This document shows positions 10,120-19,724 of a DNA stretch of 64,000 bases, one piece after another. The translations under genes and the position numbers were made by a program. Numbering within the stretch: the stretch's first letter is position 1; each line of letters opens with the position of its first letter. The DNA comes from Candidatus Sericytochromatia bacterium. GTDB taxonomy: Bacteria > Cyanobacteriota > Sericytochromatia > UBA7694. Below the pieces are notes generated by a model that made no database searches, had not been told where the DNA came from, and was given only the letters and a program-made list of their open reading frames with translations. Location: assembly GCA_050248915.1 (NCBI GenBank), contig JBFWRL010000005.1, positions 10,470-74,469 on the forward strand, read 5' to 3'.

Positions 10120-11397
10120 TCAATTGCCGCCAGGCAAAAGGCGAACCCGATCAGATAGGCGCAGTGAGATTTGGCGAATTTCAATGGGGCTGTTTTGTTG
10201 TGAGGCCCGTTTGGCCAAATTGCGCAAAGCGCTGAACAGGCTTTTTTCAACCCGCGGAGCGGGATTGGCTCCGGGCAAGGGGGCCAAAGCTGAATTCAGG
10301 GCTTTTTCCAGACGGGCCAGATCAGTGGGGCCATAGGCTTTGGCAATCGCCCCAATAATCCGATCTTTTTCTGCAATCAAAGCGCTGTTAAAGTGGTCGT
10401 AAACAGCATTTAGATGGGCATCCTGGGAATTAAAACCCAGACGCTTTAAGACAAAGGGCAGATCGTGCACAATATGAGCCACCATCGAAAGGCCAACAAT
10501 TTCGGTGGTGCTCAAGGCGGGATAGCCCCGCAATTCAGCCAAACGCCCGGAATCAAAGGCCGAACGCCACACTTCGGGAACAGCTTGCAAGTCGCCAGCG
10601 GCATAGGCATCAAAGGCCTGAAAATAATAATTGGCAAAATCAATCAAGAGACGGCCTTCAAATTCAGCCGCGCGTAAATCCCCTTTGCCAATATAGCTGT
10701 GCATTTCAGTTTGGGCCCGCTCGGTAATCACACGGTACATCGCAGCAAAAATGCCGCGGTGATCGCGGCGAGAGCCCAAAGCCTGTTCCATCTGCTTCAG
10801 CCGCAGCAAAACCTGATCGGACTTGGCAATCAACTCAGGCAGACGATCCGCAGCCGAGGCCCCCATGATCGGCGCAAAGGCCAAAGGGCTCTGCTGAGGC
10901 GCATTAAAACGCACCTTGCCACGCTGCGAAACCAAAGCCAGAATCCCAGGAGAGACCCGCAAATCCCGCAATTGCTCATAGCGCGACAGATCCCGAAAAT
11001 CATTGAACCCCCAGCGGGGCTTGTGAATCGGGTGAATCGCGATGCCAGAGGGGGTCTGAATCAAGGCAAAATCTTGGCGTTTGCCTTGCACCTGTTTGAG
11101 GGCGGCATCTAAGCTGGCAGCCATGCCAATCGGCCGGGCCAACTGCAATCCCGGCTCAAACGACAAACTCTGCGTCCCCAGCTCGGGAGTGGGTTGAACA
11201 GGGCCAGCCAATCCAGCCAAACGGTTGGCCGGAACCGGAGACTGCGCCATGCGACGCAATTGATCTGGGCTGGCGAGTGCCGTTGGCAAGATCTTTTGCG
11301 GAGCGAATGCCCCAGCCAAGTGCCCCAGAGGCAAAGGAGCCAATGAGCGCAGGGGCATAACCTGAGCGTGAGTAGGAGAATAAGCGGTGATTTGCAT
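10120..11397 (-). CDS. Hypothetical protein with C-terminal DUF5995-like domain
   Basis: FAxMYxxIT, FANYYF, PxVWRxAF and AHIxHDLP pattern after an N-terminal extension of about 185 aa. Confidence 0.65.
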   Translation of the reverse strand: MQITAYSPTHAQVMPLRSLAPLPLGHLAGAFAPQKILPTALASPDQLRRMAQSPVPANRLAGLAGPVQPTPELGTQSLSFEPGLQLARPIGMAASLDAALKQVQGKRQDFALIQTPSGIAIHPIHKPRWGFNDFRDLSRYEQLRDLRVSPGILALVSQRGKVRFNAPQQSPLAFAPIMGASAADRLPELIAKSDQVLLRLKQMEQALGSRRDHRGIFAAMYRVITERAQTEMHSYIGKGDLRAAEFEGRLLIDFANYYFQAFDAYAAGDLQAVPEVWRSAFDSGRLAELRGYPALSTTEIVGLSMVAHIVHDLPFVLKRLGFNSQDAHLNAVYDHFNSALIAEKDRIIGAIAKAYGPTDLARLEKALNSALAPLPGANPAPRVEKSLFSALRNLAKRASQQNSPIEIRQISLRLSDRVRLLPGGN

Positions 11398-11421
11398 AAA
11401 ATTTAATCCGTAAGCTTAAAT

Positions 11422-11459
11422 AAAAAAGACCGGGAACACAGTAAGGTTCTCGGTCTTTT
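11422..11459 (-). terminator. Intrinsic terminator
   Basis: AAAAAAGACCGGGAAC-loop-GTTCTCGGTCTTTT just after the stop of 11469..12458. Confidence 0.75.
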
Positions 11460-11468
11460 CGATTTTCA

Positions 11469-12458
11469 TTAAGCTTTGGGGCGCATCGTGGCTTCCATCA
11501 AAAGGTCAACCAAAAGGGCGTCCAATAATTTCTGGCTACGGTAGTCGGGGGTGGACTTGATCGCTTCACGCACCAGTTTGTCTGTGGCTTTGAGCTGTTC
11601 AAGGCTCAAGCTGCGGATGGCAACCCGGAAACCGGCCTGTGATGTGCGGAAATTGGCTTCAGAAGCATGGCTGTTGAGCTGTTTTAAGCTATTCTCAACA
11701 ATGCTCTTGGGCTCCGTGCCAGGAATCGGGGGCATGGTGGGTTCAGGAAAACCAGGCTGGCCACCTTTGCGGGCAATTTCCAACTTGGCATCCAACATCA
11801 GGCTGTCAAGCAATTTTTGACTGCGGTGATCGCTGGTTTGGGCAATGGCTTGGGCAATTAAGCCTTCGGTGGCTTTGAGCTGTTCAAGGCTCAGGCTGCG
11901 AATGGCGACCCGGAAACCGGCTTGCGATGTGCGGAAATTGGCTTCAGAAGCATGGCTGTTGAGCTGTTTTAAGCTATTCTCGACAATGCTCTTGGGCTCG
12001 GCACCAGGAATCGGGGGCATAGTGGGTTCTGCAAAGCCCGGTTTGCCACCTTTGTTTTGAATTTCAATCCGGGTTTCTACCAGTGCTTGGTCCAGAAACA
12101 CCTGGGTGCGGTAATCACCGCTTTGATTGATCAAGCCCTGCAATTGAGCCGCTGCTGCTTCCAAATTGGGCAGAGAGAGTTGGCGAATGGCCACACGGTA
12201 CTGCGCCAAAGCGGCCTTAAAATTGTCTTGGCTGGGATTGCTGGCCAATTTGCTCAGCACGGCATCCACTTGGGTGCCACTGGGAAAGAAATTGAGGGCC
12301 GCCGGAATTTGACCAGTGCGCACACTGTCAATTTCCATGCTGTCGAAGACGGGCAGGGTGCGCATGGGCAAAATTTGAGTGGGGGCTGCGGGCACGGATT
12401 GGGGAGCGGCGGCGTTGATGCGGCCCAAGGCAGGAGAGGAAATCTGTTGAATCATCAT
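11469..12458 (-). CDS. Hypothetical protein with three tandem ~95-aa helical repeats
   Basis: Repeat units 2 and 3 are nearly identical over their N-terminal ~55 aa; unit 1 is diverged. Confidence 0.8.
   Translation of the reverse strand: MMIQQISSPALGRINAAAPQSVPAAPTQILPMRTLPVFDSMEIDSVRTGQIPAALNFFPSGTQVDAVLSKLASNPSQDNFKAALAQYRVAIRQLSLPNLEAAAAQLQGLINQSGDYRTQVFLDQALVETRIEIQNKGGKPGFAEPTMPPIPGAEPKSIVENSLKQLNSHASEANFRTSQAGFRVAIRSLSLEQLKATEGLIAQAIAQTSDHRSQKLLDSLMLDAKLEIARKGGQPGFPEPTMPPIPGTEPKSIVENSLKQLNSHASEANFRTSQAGFRVAIRSLSLEQLKATDKLVREAIKSTPDYRSQKLLDALLVDLLMEATMRPKA
11586..12029. repeat. Intragenic direct repeat, period 285 bp
   Basis: A block of about 160 bp starting ggctttgagctgttcaaggctc at 11586 and 11871, with mostly synonymous differences. 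Confidence 0.9.
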
Positions 12459-12598
12459 ACTGGTTAACCTATTTAAATCTAATCTTAATGTTATTTTAAT
12501 ATTTTATTTAAGAAAGATCAAGCCCCCCTGAGTGAGAAAAAGAGAGATTTTCAGAAATGGGGATCCATTCTGATCAGAAATCCCCACTTGCAAACCCT

Positions 12599-12627
12599 GT
12601 GCAATCTCAAAAAGGGTATGCTAGTAT
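12599..12627 (+). promoter_or_regulatory. Putative sigma70 promoter for tRNA-Pro
   Basis: GTGCAA-17 bp-TAGTAT with extended TG, about 70 bp upstream of the tRNA. Confidence 0.4.
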
Positions 12628-12696
12628 TGTTTCTGCATTGTTAGCAATAAGAGTGCAAATTACCCCCCGGCCACAAGCCGGTCACATCGTTTTAAT

Positions 12697-12770
12697 CGGG
12701 GCGTAGCGCAGCTTGGTAGCGCACCACTTTGGGGTAGTGGGGGTCGCTGGTTCAAATCCAGTCGCTCCGA
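12697..12770 (+). tRNA. tRNA-Pro(GGG), CCA not encoded
   Basis: Cloverleaf: acceptor CGGGGCG/CGCTCCG, D-arm GCGC/GCGC, anticodon stem CCACT/AGTGG with loop TTGGGGT, T-loop TTCAAAT. Confidence 0.97.
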
Positions 12771-12813
12771 TTTTTGTCTTTTTTTGAGGCACTTTTTGAG
12801 GTCTGGCAGATAC

Positions 12814-13824
12814 ATGAGATACCGACTTTGGCTCACTGCTGTTCTGCTCCCGCTCTTGGCGGGTTGCAGTGCCTTATTGGAACGCCCTTCGCTGGAGCGT
12901 TATCAGGCTTATTTTACAGATTCAAAAACCCCACGCAAATCCTTTCAGCCCGGTCAGGTGCGCGTCACCTATTTGGGCACCACCTCTTTGCTTTTTTCCG
13001 ATGGCCAGACCCAGATTTTGATTGATGGCTTTTTAACCCGGCCCGGCCCGGCTTGGCAATTGCCCTTTCGTAAGATCGAAACCGATCGCTACAAAGTGCG
13101 CGAATACCTGAAGCGTTTGCAAGTCGATAAATTAGACGCCATTCTGGTTTTTCACTCTCATTACGATCACGCCATGGACGCACCTTACATTGCCTTGCAA
13201 ACAGGTGCACAGGTCGTGGGCTCTGAATCTACAGCATTTCTCTCAGAAGGCGAAGGCCTGAGCTGGCAGCAAATTGTCAAAGCCAAACCCTACAAAACCC
13301 TGAGTTACGGTGAGTTTAAAGTCACGCTGATTCCCTCGCGCCACGTGGATTTGCCTTGGGTGGCCAATTTAACTGGCATGATGGGGGATATCGAAGCCCC
13401 CCTCAGGCAGCCAGCCGGCATGTTTGACTACCGTGAGGGAGAGACCTATACCATTCATATCGCCCACCCCACAGGCACCGCCATGTTACACGGGGGCCAT
13501 TTTATTCCCGGTGAACTCCAAGGTTGGAAAGCCGATGCCGTATTTCTCTGCACCCCTGGCCTGGATCGCCTCGGGGCCCAACAAGAAACCTTTTATCAGG
13601 AAGTGATTGCCCAAACCGGGGCGAAAACAATTTACCCCGTACATTGGGATGATTTTTCGCTCTCTCTGGACGAGCCCCTGCAGCCCCTGCCGCGTGGGGC
13701 CGAGAACCTCGACGCAGCCATGGACTTTTTAATCGCCAAAACCAAAGAAAACACAGCCTTGCGTCTGCATTTTCTCATGGCCTGGGAACAGATCGGCCTG
13801 TTTGAACCCACTGGCAAAAAATAA
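12814..13824 (+). CDS. MBL-fold metallo-hydrolase lipoprotein
   Basis: Lipobox LLAGC; ILIDGF, HSHYDH and PVHWDDF. ATG at 12814 preferred. Confidence 0.88.
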   Translation: MRYRLWLTAVLLPLLAGCSALLERPSLERYQAYFTDSKTPRKSFQPGQVRVTYLGTTSLLFSDGQTQILIDGFLTRPGPAWQLPFRKIETDRYKVREYLKRLQVDKLDAILVFHSHYDHAMDAPYIALQTGAQVVGSESTAFLSEGEGLSWQQIVKAKPYKTLSYGEFKVTLIPSRHVDLPWVANLTGMMGDIEAPLRQPAGMFDYREGETYTIHIAHPTGTAMLHGGHFIPGELQGWKADAVFLCTPGLDRLGAQQETFYQEVIAQTGAKTIYPVHWDDFSLSLDEPLQPLPRGAENLDAAMDFLIAKTKENTALRLHFLMAWEQIGLFEPTGKK

Positions 13825-13843
13825 AGCCGATCAGCTGGGCATG

Positions 13844-14698
13844 TTAAAACAACGATGTATTAATCCCAATTGATACCACCAAGAAATGCAACCAGTTTTG
13901 GGTATAACCGTCCCCTGAAAAATCTTTTTCGTCGGATTGCCCCACCGCTCCTCCGCCCAGATAGCGCAGATTGAGATAGGGATAATACTGATCACTGAGA
14001 TTGACCCCCAGGCGCAGATTCGCATCCAGAATCGCCCCAATCACCTCATTAGCACTGCCATTGAGGTAACTGACGGGCGCATAAAAACCATCAATTTCGC
14101 TGGCGTACCAAAAATGTTCACCCAAACGGTGACGGGAGCGAAACTTAAGAATCGGCACAGGCCCAATATTGCGTTTGGACACCAATTGTTTGCCATCGAG
14201 AGATTCAAATTCAATCACAGCATCACGCAATTGCAAAGAGGCCCCCACAGCCAACTCTTCAAACGGATCAGGATTAAAGTCGTAGAGATAACTGCCCCTA
14301 AAAAAAGGAAAATCATAGAGGTATTTCATGGCTGTGCCTTTGGCAAAGGAAATATTGTCTTGGGTAATATCTTGTGCCAAAACCGATTGAGAGGTCAAAG
14401 ACAGGGGTTGGTACAAAAACACCAAGGTATGTTGGGGATTGAGCTGCAAATCCACACTGAATTTATTCACCGCAAAGAGGGTATCCTGTCCTCCCTGACG
14501 CAGATAGTCAAAATACGTATTGTTGCGACTGAATTGAATCTTATGATCCAGGACCGCCAAAAAACCACTTTCGATGCTGGCGCTCAAACGGGGGTATTTT
14601 TCCCAACCGGCTTCTTCCGCCTGCACAGGATTCACGCCCCCCATATACATGCCCAAAGACAGACCCAAAGCAAAAAAAGACTGAAGACAGCGCCGCAT
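13844..14698 (-). CDS. Putative outer-membrane beta-barrel protein
   Basis: Signal peptide (VQA-E), alternating aromatic/hydrophobic strands and C-terminal Phe. Confidence 0.6.
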   Translation of the reverse strand: MRRCLQSFFALGLSLGMYMGGVNPVQAEEAGWEKYPRLSASIESGFLAVLDHKIQFSRNNTYFDYLRQGGQDTLFAVNKFSVDLQLNPQHTLVFLYQPLSLTSQSVLAQDITQDNISFAKGTAMKYLYDFPFFRGSYLYDFNPDPFEELAVGASLQLRDAVIEFESLDGKQLVSKRNIGPVPILKFRSRHRLGEHFWYASEIDGFYAPVSYLNGSANEVIGAILDANLRLGVNLSDQYYPYLNLRYLGGGAVGQSDEKDFSGDGYTQNWLHFLVVSIGINTSLF

Positions 14699-14841
14699 AA
14701 GAATGACTCCTCATTTTAAAAAGATAGAATCAAATTAGCTTAATGGGGTATACAGGTCTGAAACAAGCCAATTGGATTGCGCAGTGCTCAGAGTGGGCTG
14801 TGATAAGATAGAGTCAACTTTAATCGATTGAAAGCCATGTT

Positions 14842-16317
14842 ATGAAACTTGAAACGCTGCTGCAGGAGCTAAATTGCAAACTGATTGGGGCTCCTAACAT
14901 AGCCATCACCAGCCTCTGCTACGACTCTCGCAAGGCAGAACCGGGTTCACTTTATGCCTGTTTACCCGGCACCAAGACCGATGGCCATCAATTTATTCTC
15001 CAGGCCCAAAGACAGGGAGCCATAGCTATTCTCTGCCAAAGCGACTGGCTCCAGAGCCACCCCCCACAAAACGGCTCAGACTTGACCTGGATTGGCGTGG
15101 ACGACACCCGAGCCGCGCTGGCTGAAATCGCTGCAGCGTTTTACGCTTACCCCTCTCGTCGACTCGCCTTGGTGGGGGTCACGGGCACCAATGGCAAAAC
15201 CACCACCAGCCACTTAATTCGCTCTCTGCTTGAAAAAGCAGACCGGCCCACAGGCCTGCTGGGAACCCTGGGCTGCTTTTTTAAAGACCAAGAAATCCCC
15301 ACCGGTTTCACCACCCCATTTGCCCCTGAATTGCAGCAAATTTTGGCCCAGATGCAAAGAGCGGGGGCAAAAGCTGTGGCCATGGAATGCTCCTCTCATG
15401 CCCTGGAACAGCACCGCTTGGATGCGTTGGAGTTTGAATGTGCCCTCTTTACAAATCTGACCCAGGATCATCTCGATTACCACGGCGATATGCAAACCTA
15501 CGCAGCGGCCAAACAAATTTTGTTTGAAAAACTGCTCAAACCTACGGGCACAGCCCTGCTCAACGCCGACGATCCACAATCGGAAAGTTATGCAGGCATT
15601 AGCCGGGGCAAGGTCATCCGCTATGGCCTCTCCCCCCAAGCGGATCTGCGCGCCAGCGATCCCGATTATGGCTTGGCGGGTGTGTCTTATACCCTGCACT
15701 GGCAAGGCCAAACCCACCGGGTCGAATTGGCTTTGCCAGGCCATTACAATATTCTCAACTCCCTGGCAGCATTGGGAGCGGGCCTGGTTCTCGGGCTGGA
15801 TTTGGAAACCCAAATTCACACGCTCAAATCCCTGCCGGGGGTTCCAGGCAGATTGGAAGTGGTCACAAAGACCGATCACCCCTTCACGGTTTTGGTGGAC
15901 TACGCCCACACACCCGATAGCCTGCAAAACGTCTTGGCCACGGCGCGGCAATTCACCCCATCACGTTTGCTCTGTGTCTTTGGCTGCGGGGGCGATCGCG
16001 ACAAGAGCAAACGCCCCCAAATGGGAGCCATTGCCTCAGAACTGGCTGATTTCAGCTGGGTCACATCCGACAATCCGCGCAGCGAAGCCCCCGAAGCCAT
16101 TTTGGCGGATATTCTGGCAGGGATCGCCTTGCGGAGCAAAGTTGAACATGAAGTGGATCGCCAAAAGGCGATTGAAAAAGCCCTGGCCACCGCTCGGCCC
16201 GGCGATGTCGTGATCATTGCGGGCAAAGGACACGAAAGCTATCAGATCTTTCAAGATCGCACCATTCATTTTGACGATCGCGAAGTGGCGCGCCACTGGC
16301 TGGAAAGGAACCCATAA
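14842..16317 (+). CDS. murE: UDP-MurNAc-tripeptide synthetase (meso-DAP ligase)
   Basis: GVTGTNGKTT, MECSSH, TNLTQDHLDYH, VDYAHTPD, DNPR (DAP specificity) and AGKGHE. Confidence 0.97.
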   Translation: MKLETLLQELNCKLIGAPNIAITSLCYDSRKAEPGSLYACLPGTKTDGHQFILQAQRQGAIAILCQSDWLQSHPPQNGSDLTWIGVDDTRAALAEIAAAFYAYPSRRLALVGVTGTNGKTTTSHLIRSLLEKADRPTGLLGTLGCFFKDQEIPTGFTTPFAPELQQILAQMQRAGAKAVAMECSSHALEQHRLDALEFECALFTNLTQDHLDYHGDMQTYAAAKQILFEKLLKPTGTALLNADDPQSESYAGISRGKVIRYGLSPQADLRASDPDYGLAGVSYTLHWQGQTHRVELALPGHYNILNSLAALGAGLVLGLDLETQIHTLKSLPGVPGRLEVVTKTDHPFTVLVDYAHTPDSLQNVLATARQFTPSRLLCVFGCGGDRDKSKRPQMGAIASELADFSWVTSDNPRSEAPEAILADILAGIALRSKVEHEVDRQKAIEKALATARPGDVVIIAGKGHESYQIFQDRTIHFDDREVARHWLERNP

Positions 16318-16320
16318 GCC

Positions 16321-17493
16321 ATGCCTGTATCCTTGATTCACAGAGCCATCCGGCTCAAACAACAATTGGCGGACTTTGGCCGTGAGAAATTTGCGGAAGT
16401 GTATCGCCAAGCCCAAGCCCAACTCTATCCAGCCCAAATAGAACTCAGTGAAGACGAACGCCTGGCCTTTGATACTTGGTTTGTGCTCGAATATATTTTA
16501 CCCGACCACCGCACTGTGCTCTCACATTTTCTCGAAGTTTGGGAAGATGGGGCGGATTTGGTGATCGCCGAGCAATGGCATATGGTGATCCAAGGCATTT
16601 TTCAGGTGCGCCAGATCTTGGCTCACAACCATTTTGAATTGTTTAATTTGGTTAACGAAGTAAGTTACACCGTGGCCAGCAATCCCGACTCCCCTCTGCC
16701 ACTGGAAAAAGGGGAATATATTGCGGCCCGAATCTTGCCCTTTCAAGATCACCATCTCTTTGTCGGCACCATCGATCGCCTGCCCACACGCAAAAAAAAC
16801 GAGCTCTATGAATTGGTGGCCGAAATTCAATTGCAAAACCCGCGGATGGCATTTATCGACAACAAAGATCGGATTGAGCAGGCTTACCGCATCCAATTAG
16901 ATGAATACCAGGATTTCGTCTCCTTTTTTGGCTCTGATGAAGTCATTCTCAATGGCACCGAACTGCCCGAAAAAATGCGGGAATTTTACCATTACCGCTA
17001 TTTTCAAAAGCGCAGCCAAGAGACGGGTGCGACCATTGCCCGGGCCTTTCAGGAAAAATACCACCAATTGCCTCCTTCCCCCAGCTTTGACTTTTTGCCT
17101 GATCTCGAAAGCCAAGAAAACCTGGGACTGATCTACGACAAAACCGAAGGCATGGTCTTTTTATTGCAATATGGCCGTTTCCGCGAGATTTTTTCGCGAT
17201 CAGATTTTAAGAAGATCAAAAACTGGCGGCAAGTCGTTCAGGGCTACCTTGAAGATCCCGCGATCTCTTCACTGCCGTTTAAACGCATGGGCAAAGAGTT
17301 TCCCGAAAATACCGAGGCTGTGTTTAAAGCTCTGCTCAAGCGCAAACACTTCTCAATGGAAGACGATCTGCTGTTTTTGATCAAACATTACAAACCCATG
17401 GAGGTCATGACTCACCTCACCCCAGCGATCATCCCTTCTCTGGTCAAAAGCAAAACCTTTCTTAAATCTCTCAAAACCGGGAGCAAATGGTAA
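16321..17493 (+). CDS. Conserved hypothetical protein (390 aa)
   Basis: Long ORF 3 bp after murE; globular composition; FFGSDEVIL motif. Confidence 0.8.
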   Translation: MPVSLIHRAIRLKQQLADFGREKFAEVYRQAQAQLYPAQIELSEDERLAFDTWFVLEYILPDHRTVLSHFLEVWEDGADLVIAEQWHMVIQGIFQVRQILAHNHFELFNLVNEVSYTVASNPDSPLPLEKGEYIAARILPFQDHHLFVGTIDRLPTRKKNELYELVAEIQLQNPRMAFIDNKDRIEQAYRIQLDEYQDFVSFFGSDEVILNGTELPEKMREFYHYRYFQKRSQETGATIARAFQEKYHQLPPSPSFDFLPDLESQENLGLIYDKTEGMVFLLQYGRFREIFSRSDFKKIKNWRQVVQGYLEDPAISSLPFKRMGKEFPENTEAVFKALLKRKHFSMEDDLLFLIKHYKPMEVMTHLTPAIIPSLVKSKTFLKSLKTGSKW

Positions 17494-17496
17494 TCC

Positions 17497-18495
17497 ATGG
17501 ACGTTGAAATTTGTTTTAAAGAGACCCTCAGCAAACGCATTCTGCGCCTGACGCGCTTTATTTGTCGTCACCGGGGCGTACACTACAGCGATGAAGAATC
17601 TATGCCTCGCCGGATCCGGCACGAGGGTGAAAATACCGCCCTGACATTTTTACAACCCGCCCCTGCCCAGACCCATCTGGTCGGCGATATCCGCCTACAC
17701 CGCCAGTTTTATTCGCGTCACCTCGAATTTGAGCGCAGCGTGGTTGTCTATCTGCCCCCAAGCTACAAGACCCACCCTTATAAACGCTACCCCGTTTTGT
17801 ACATGCACGATGGCAATAATGTCTTTGATCCACGCACCTCTTTTGCAGGCGTCTCTTGGGAAGTTAACGATACCGTTGAAAGATTGGTTAAAGAAGAAAA
17901 GCTCGAAGAGGTCATTGTGGTGGGGATTTACAATACCCCCGCCCGGCTCTACGAATACACCTGGACCCCCATGAACCTCGATGGCGAACATATGCAGGGG
18001 GGGCACGGCAAAAAATACGCCCGCTTTTTGGTGCGGGAACTCAAGCAATTTATCGACAAAGAGTACCGCACCCTCACGGATCGTCAAAATACGGCGATCA
18101 TGGGCTCATCTTTGGGAGGCCTGATCAATTTTTATATCGGTCGCCATTACTCCGATGTCTTTGGAAAAATTGCGATCATGTCTCCCTCTTTTTGGTGGGG
18201 CAACGGCATTGCCTATAAACACGCCCAAAATTACCCGCAGGATCTCAAGATCTGGATGGATATCGGGATCTATGAATGTGGCTCCCACCAGCCCAAGGCC
18301 AACGAATACATTCTCAGACAGACCCGCATGATGCGCGAAGCCCTGCTCAAACAGGGCTACCAAGAAAACGCCAATCTGCGCTATTTTGAAGATCCCCACG
18401 GCCACCACAACGAATACTCTTGGGGAAAACGATTGCATCGGCCCCTGCTGTTCTTTTTTGGCAAAGATCAAAAATCTGCAGATCTTTCTGCTTGA
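17497..18495 (+). CDS. Alpha/beta hydrolase, esterase family
   Basis: VYLPPSY, YPVLYMHDG, nucleophile GSSLGG, SPSFWW and HNEYSW. Confidence 0.9.
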   Translation: MDVEICFKETLSKRILRLTRFICRHRGVHYSDEESMPRRIRHEGENTALTFLQPAPAQTHLVGDIRLHRQFYSRHLEFERSVVVYLPPSYKTHPYKRYPVLYMHDGNNVFDPRTSFAGVSWEVNDTVERLVKEEKLEEVIVVGIYNTPARLYEYTWTPMNLDGEHMQGGHGKKYARFLVRELKQFIDKEYRTLTDRQNTAIMGSSLGGLINFYIGRHYSDVFGKIAIMSPSFWWGNGIAYKHAQNYPQDLKIWMDIGIYECGSHQPKANEYILRQTRMMREALLKQGYQENANLRYFEDPHGHHNEYSWGKRLHRPLLFFFGKDQKSADLSA

Positions 18496-18523
18496 AAAAG
18501 CACTGCGATCTGCACCGATCGAA

Positions 18524-18552
18524 TTAACATCTGCGAAGATTCCCGGTAAACT
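18524..18552 (+). promoter_or_regulatory. Putative sigma70 promoter of the rpsB operon
   Basis: TTAACA-17 bp-TAAACT, giving a leader of about 220 nt. Confidence 0.45.
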
Positions 18553-18778
18553 GAGTCAAGGATACGCAATCTCAGCTTACTGGTTTTCACCTGTGAGGTA
18601 GCTTGCGTTGGCGTTGAATGCGTCTATTGGGCAGTTTTGCACTGCTTCGCACACGTACTCAGATTGTATCCCGCACAACTGCAACTATCCTGAAACCTGT
18701 CACCTTTAAACCGTGGCGTTCTGGTTTCTTCTGGTAAGCGGAATTCAAAAACTGGTGAATTATGAAAGGAATTACGAC

Positions 18779-19690
18779 ATGAGCGTCGTTTCAATGAAAC
18801 AATTGTTGGAGGCCGGTGTACACTTCGGCCACCAAACCCGTCGCTGGAACCCCAAGATGAAGCGCTTCATCTTTGATGAGCGCAATGGTATCTACATCAT
18901 CGACTTGCAGAAAACCATGCACCAACTCAACGAGGTCTATGACGAAGTTAAACGTCGGGCCCAAGATGGTCAACGGATTCTGTTTATTGGCACCAAAAAA
19001 CAGGCCAAAGAATCGATCATGGAAGAAGCAGATCGCTGCGGAATGCCCCACGTCAGCCACCGCTGGCTCGGCGGCATGCTCACCAATTTCAGCACGATTC
19101 AAAAGCGCGTGAACTACCTCAAAGACCTGCAAAAACAGGAAAATGAAGGCGAATTCGAAAAACGCACAAAAAAAGAAGCCCTGAACCTGCGCCGCAAAAT
19201 GGAAAAGCTGGATCGGGTCCTTGGTGGGATCGTCAATATGAATGAACTGCCTGACGCCGTTTATATCGTTGACCCCAAAAAAGAATATATCGCCGTTGAA
19301 GAAGCCCGCAAACTGGGTATCCCCATCATTGGCATCGTCGACACCAACTGTGACCCCGATGTGATTGATTACCCCATTCCTGCCAACGATGATGCGATCA
19401 AAGCCGTGCGCTTGATCTCCTCACTGATGGCCAATGCCGTGCTCGAAGGCCGCAGTATGGCCAAAGACGTGGAAGATGCCATGATGGCCCAGGCCGCCTT
19501 GGCTGCCCAGCACGCCGAAGCACCTGCCGCTGAAGAAGGTGCAGCTATTGAAGCCGCTCCCGCTGAAGCCGCTCCCGCTGAATCTGCGGCCCCCGCTGTT
19601 GAAGCGCCCGTGGCTGAAGAGGCTCCCGTTGAAGAAACAGTTGTAGAAGCAGCTGTTGAAGCCGATGCAGCGGTTGTGGGTCAGGTCTAA
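18779..19690 (+). CDS. rpsB: 30S ribosomal protein S2 with Ala/Glu/Pro-rich C-terminal tail
   Basis: [34 protein letters not shown] and PANDDAI; AAAGGA SD before ATG 18779. Confidence 0.98.
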   Translation: MSVVSMKQLLEAGVHFGHQTRRWNPKMKRFIFDERNGIYIIDLQKTMHQLNEVYDEVKRRAQDGQRILFIGTKKQAKESIMEEADRCGMPHVSHRWLGGMLTNFSTIQKRVNYLKDLQKQENEGEFEKRTKKEALNLRRKMEKLDRVLGGIVNMNELPDAVYIVDPKKEYIAVEEARKLGIPIIGIVDTNCDPDVIDYPIPANDDAIKAVRLISSLMANAVLEGRSMAKDVEDAMMAQAALAAQHAEAPAAEEGAAIEAAPAEAAPAESAAPAVEAPVAEEAPVEETVVEAAVEADAAVVGQV

Positions 19691-19724
19691 ACCTCCCCCC
19701 GCTTAAGTAAAGAAAGGATAGATC

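Noticed and set aside
11469-12100. Possible CRISPR or mobile repeat
   Set aside because: The repeat is in-frame coding with a 285-bp period; there are no short repeats with unique spacers and no cas genes.
12462-12513. Pho-box-like TTAA repeats at ~11-bp spacing
   Set aside because: The sequence is very AT-rich and the phasing is irregular, so it cannot be distinguished from chance.
12641-12659. CIRCE-like TTAGCA...GAGTGCAAA
   Set aside because: It lacks the 9-bp spacer and the left arm is incomplete. It is better explained as a GCAA-tetraloop hairpin in the pre-tRNA leader.
12697-12800. tRNA-Pro as an integration site
   Set aside because: No integrase, no duplicated tRNA 3' end seen, and no composition shift downstream.
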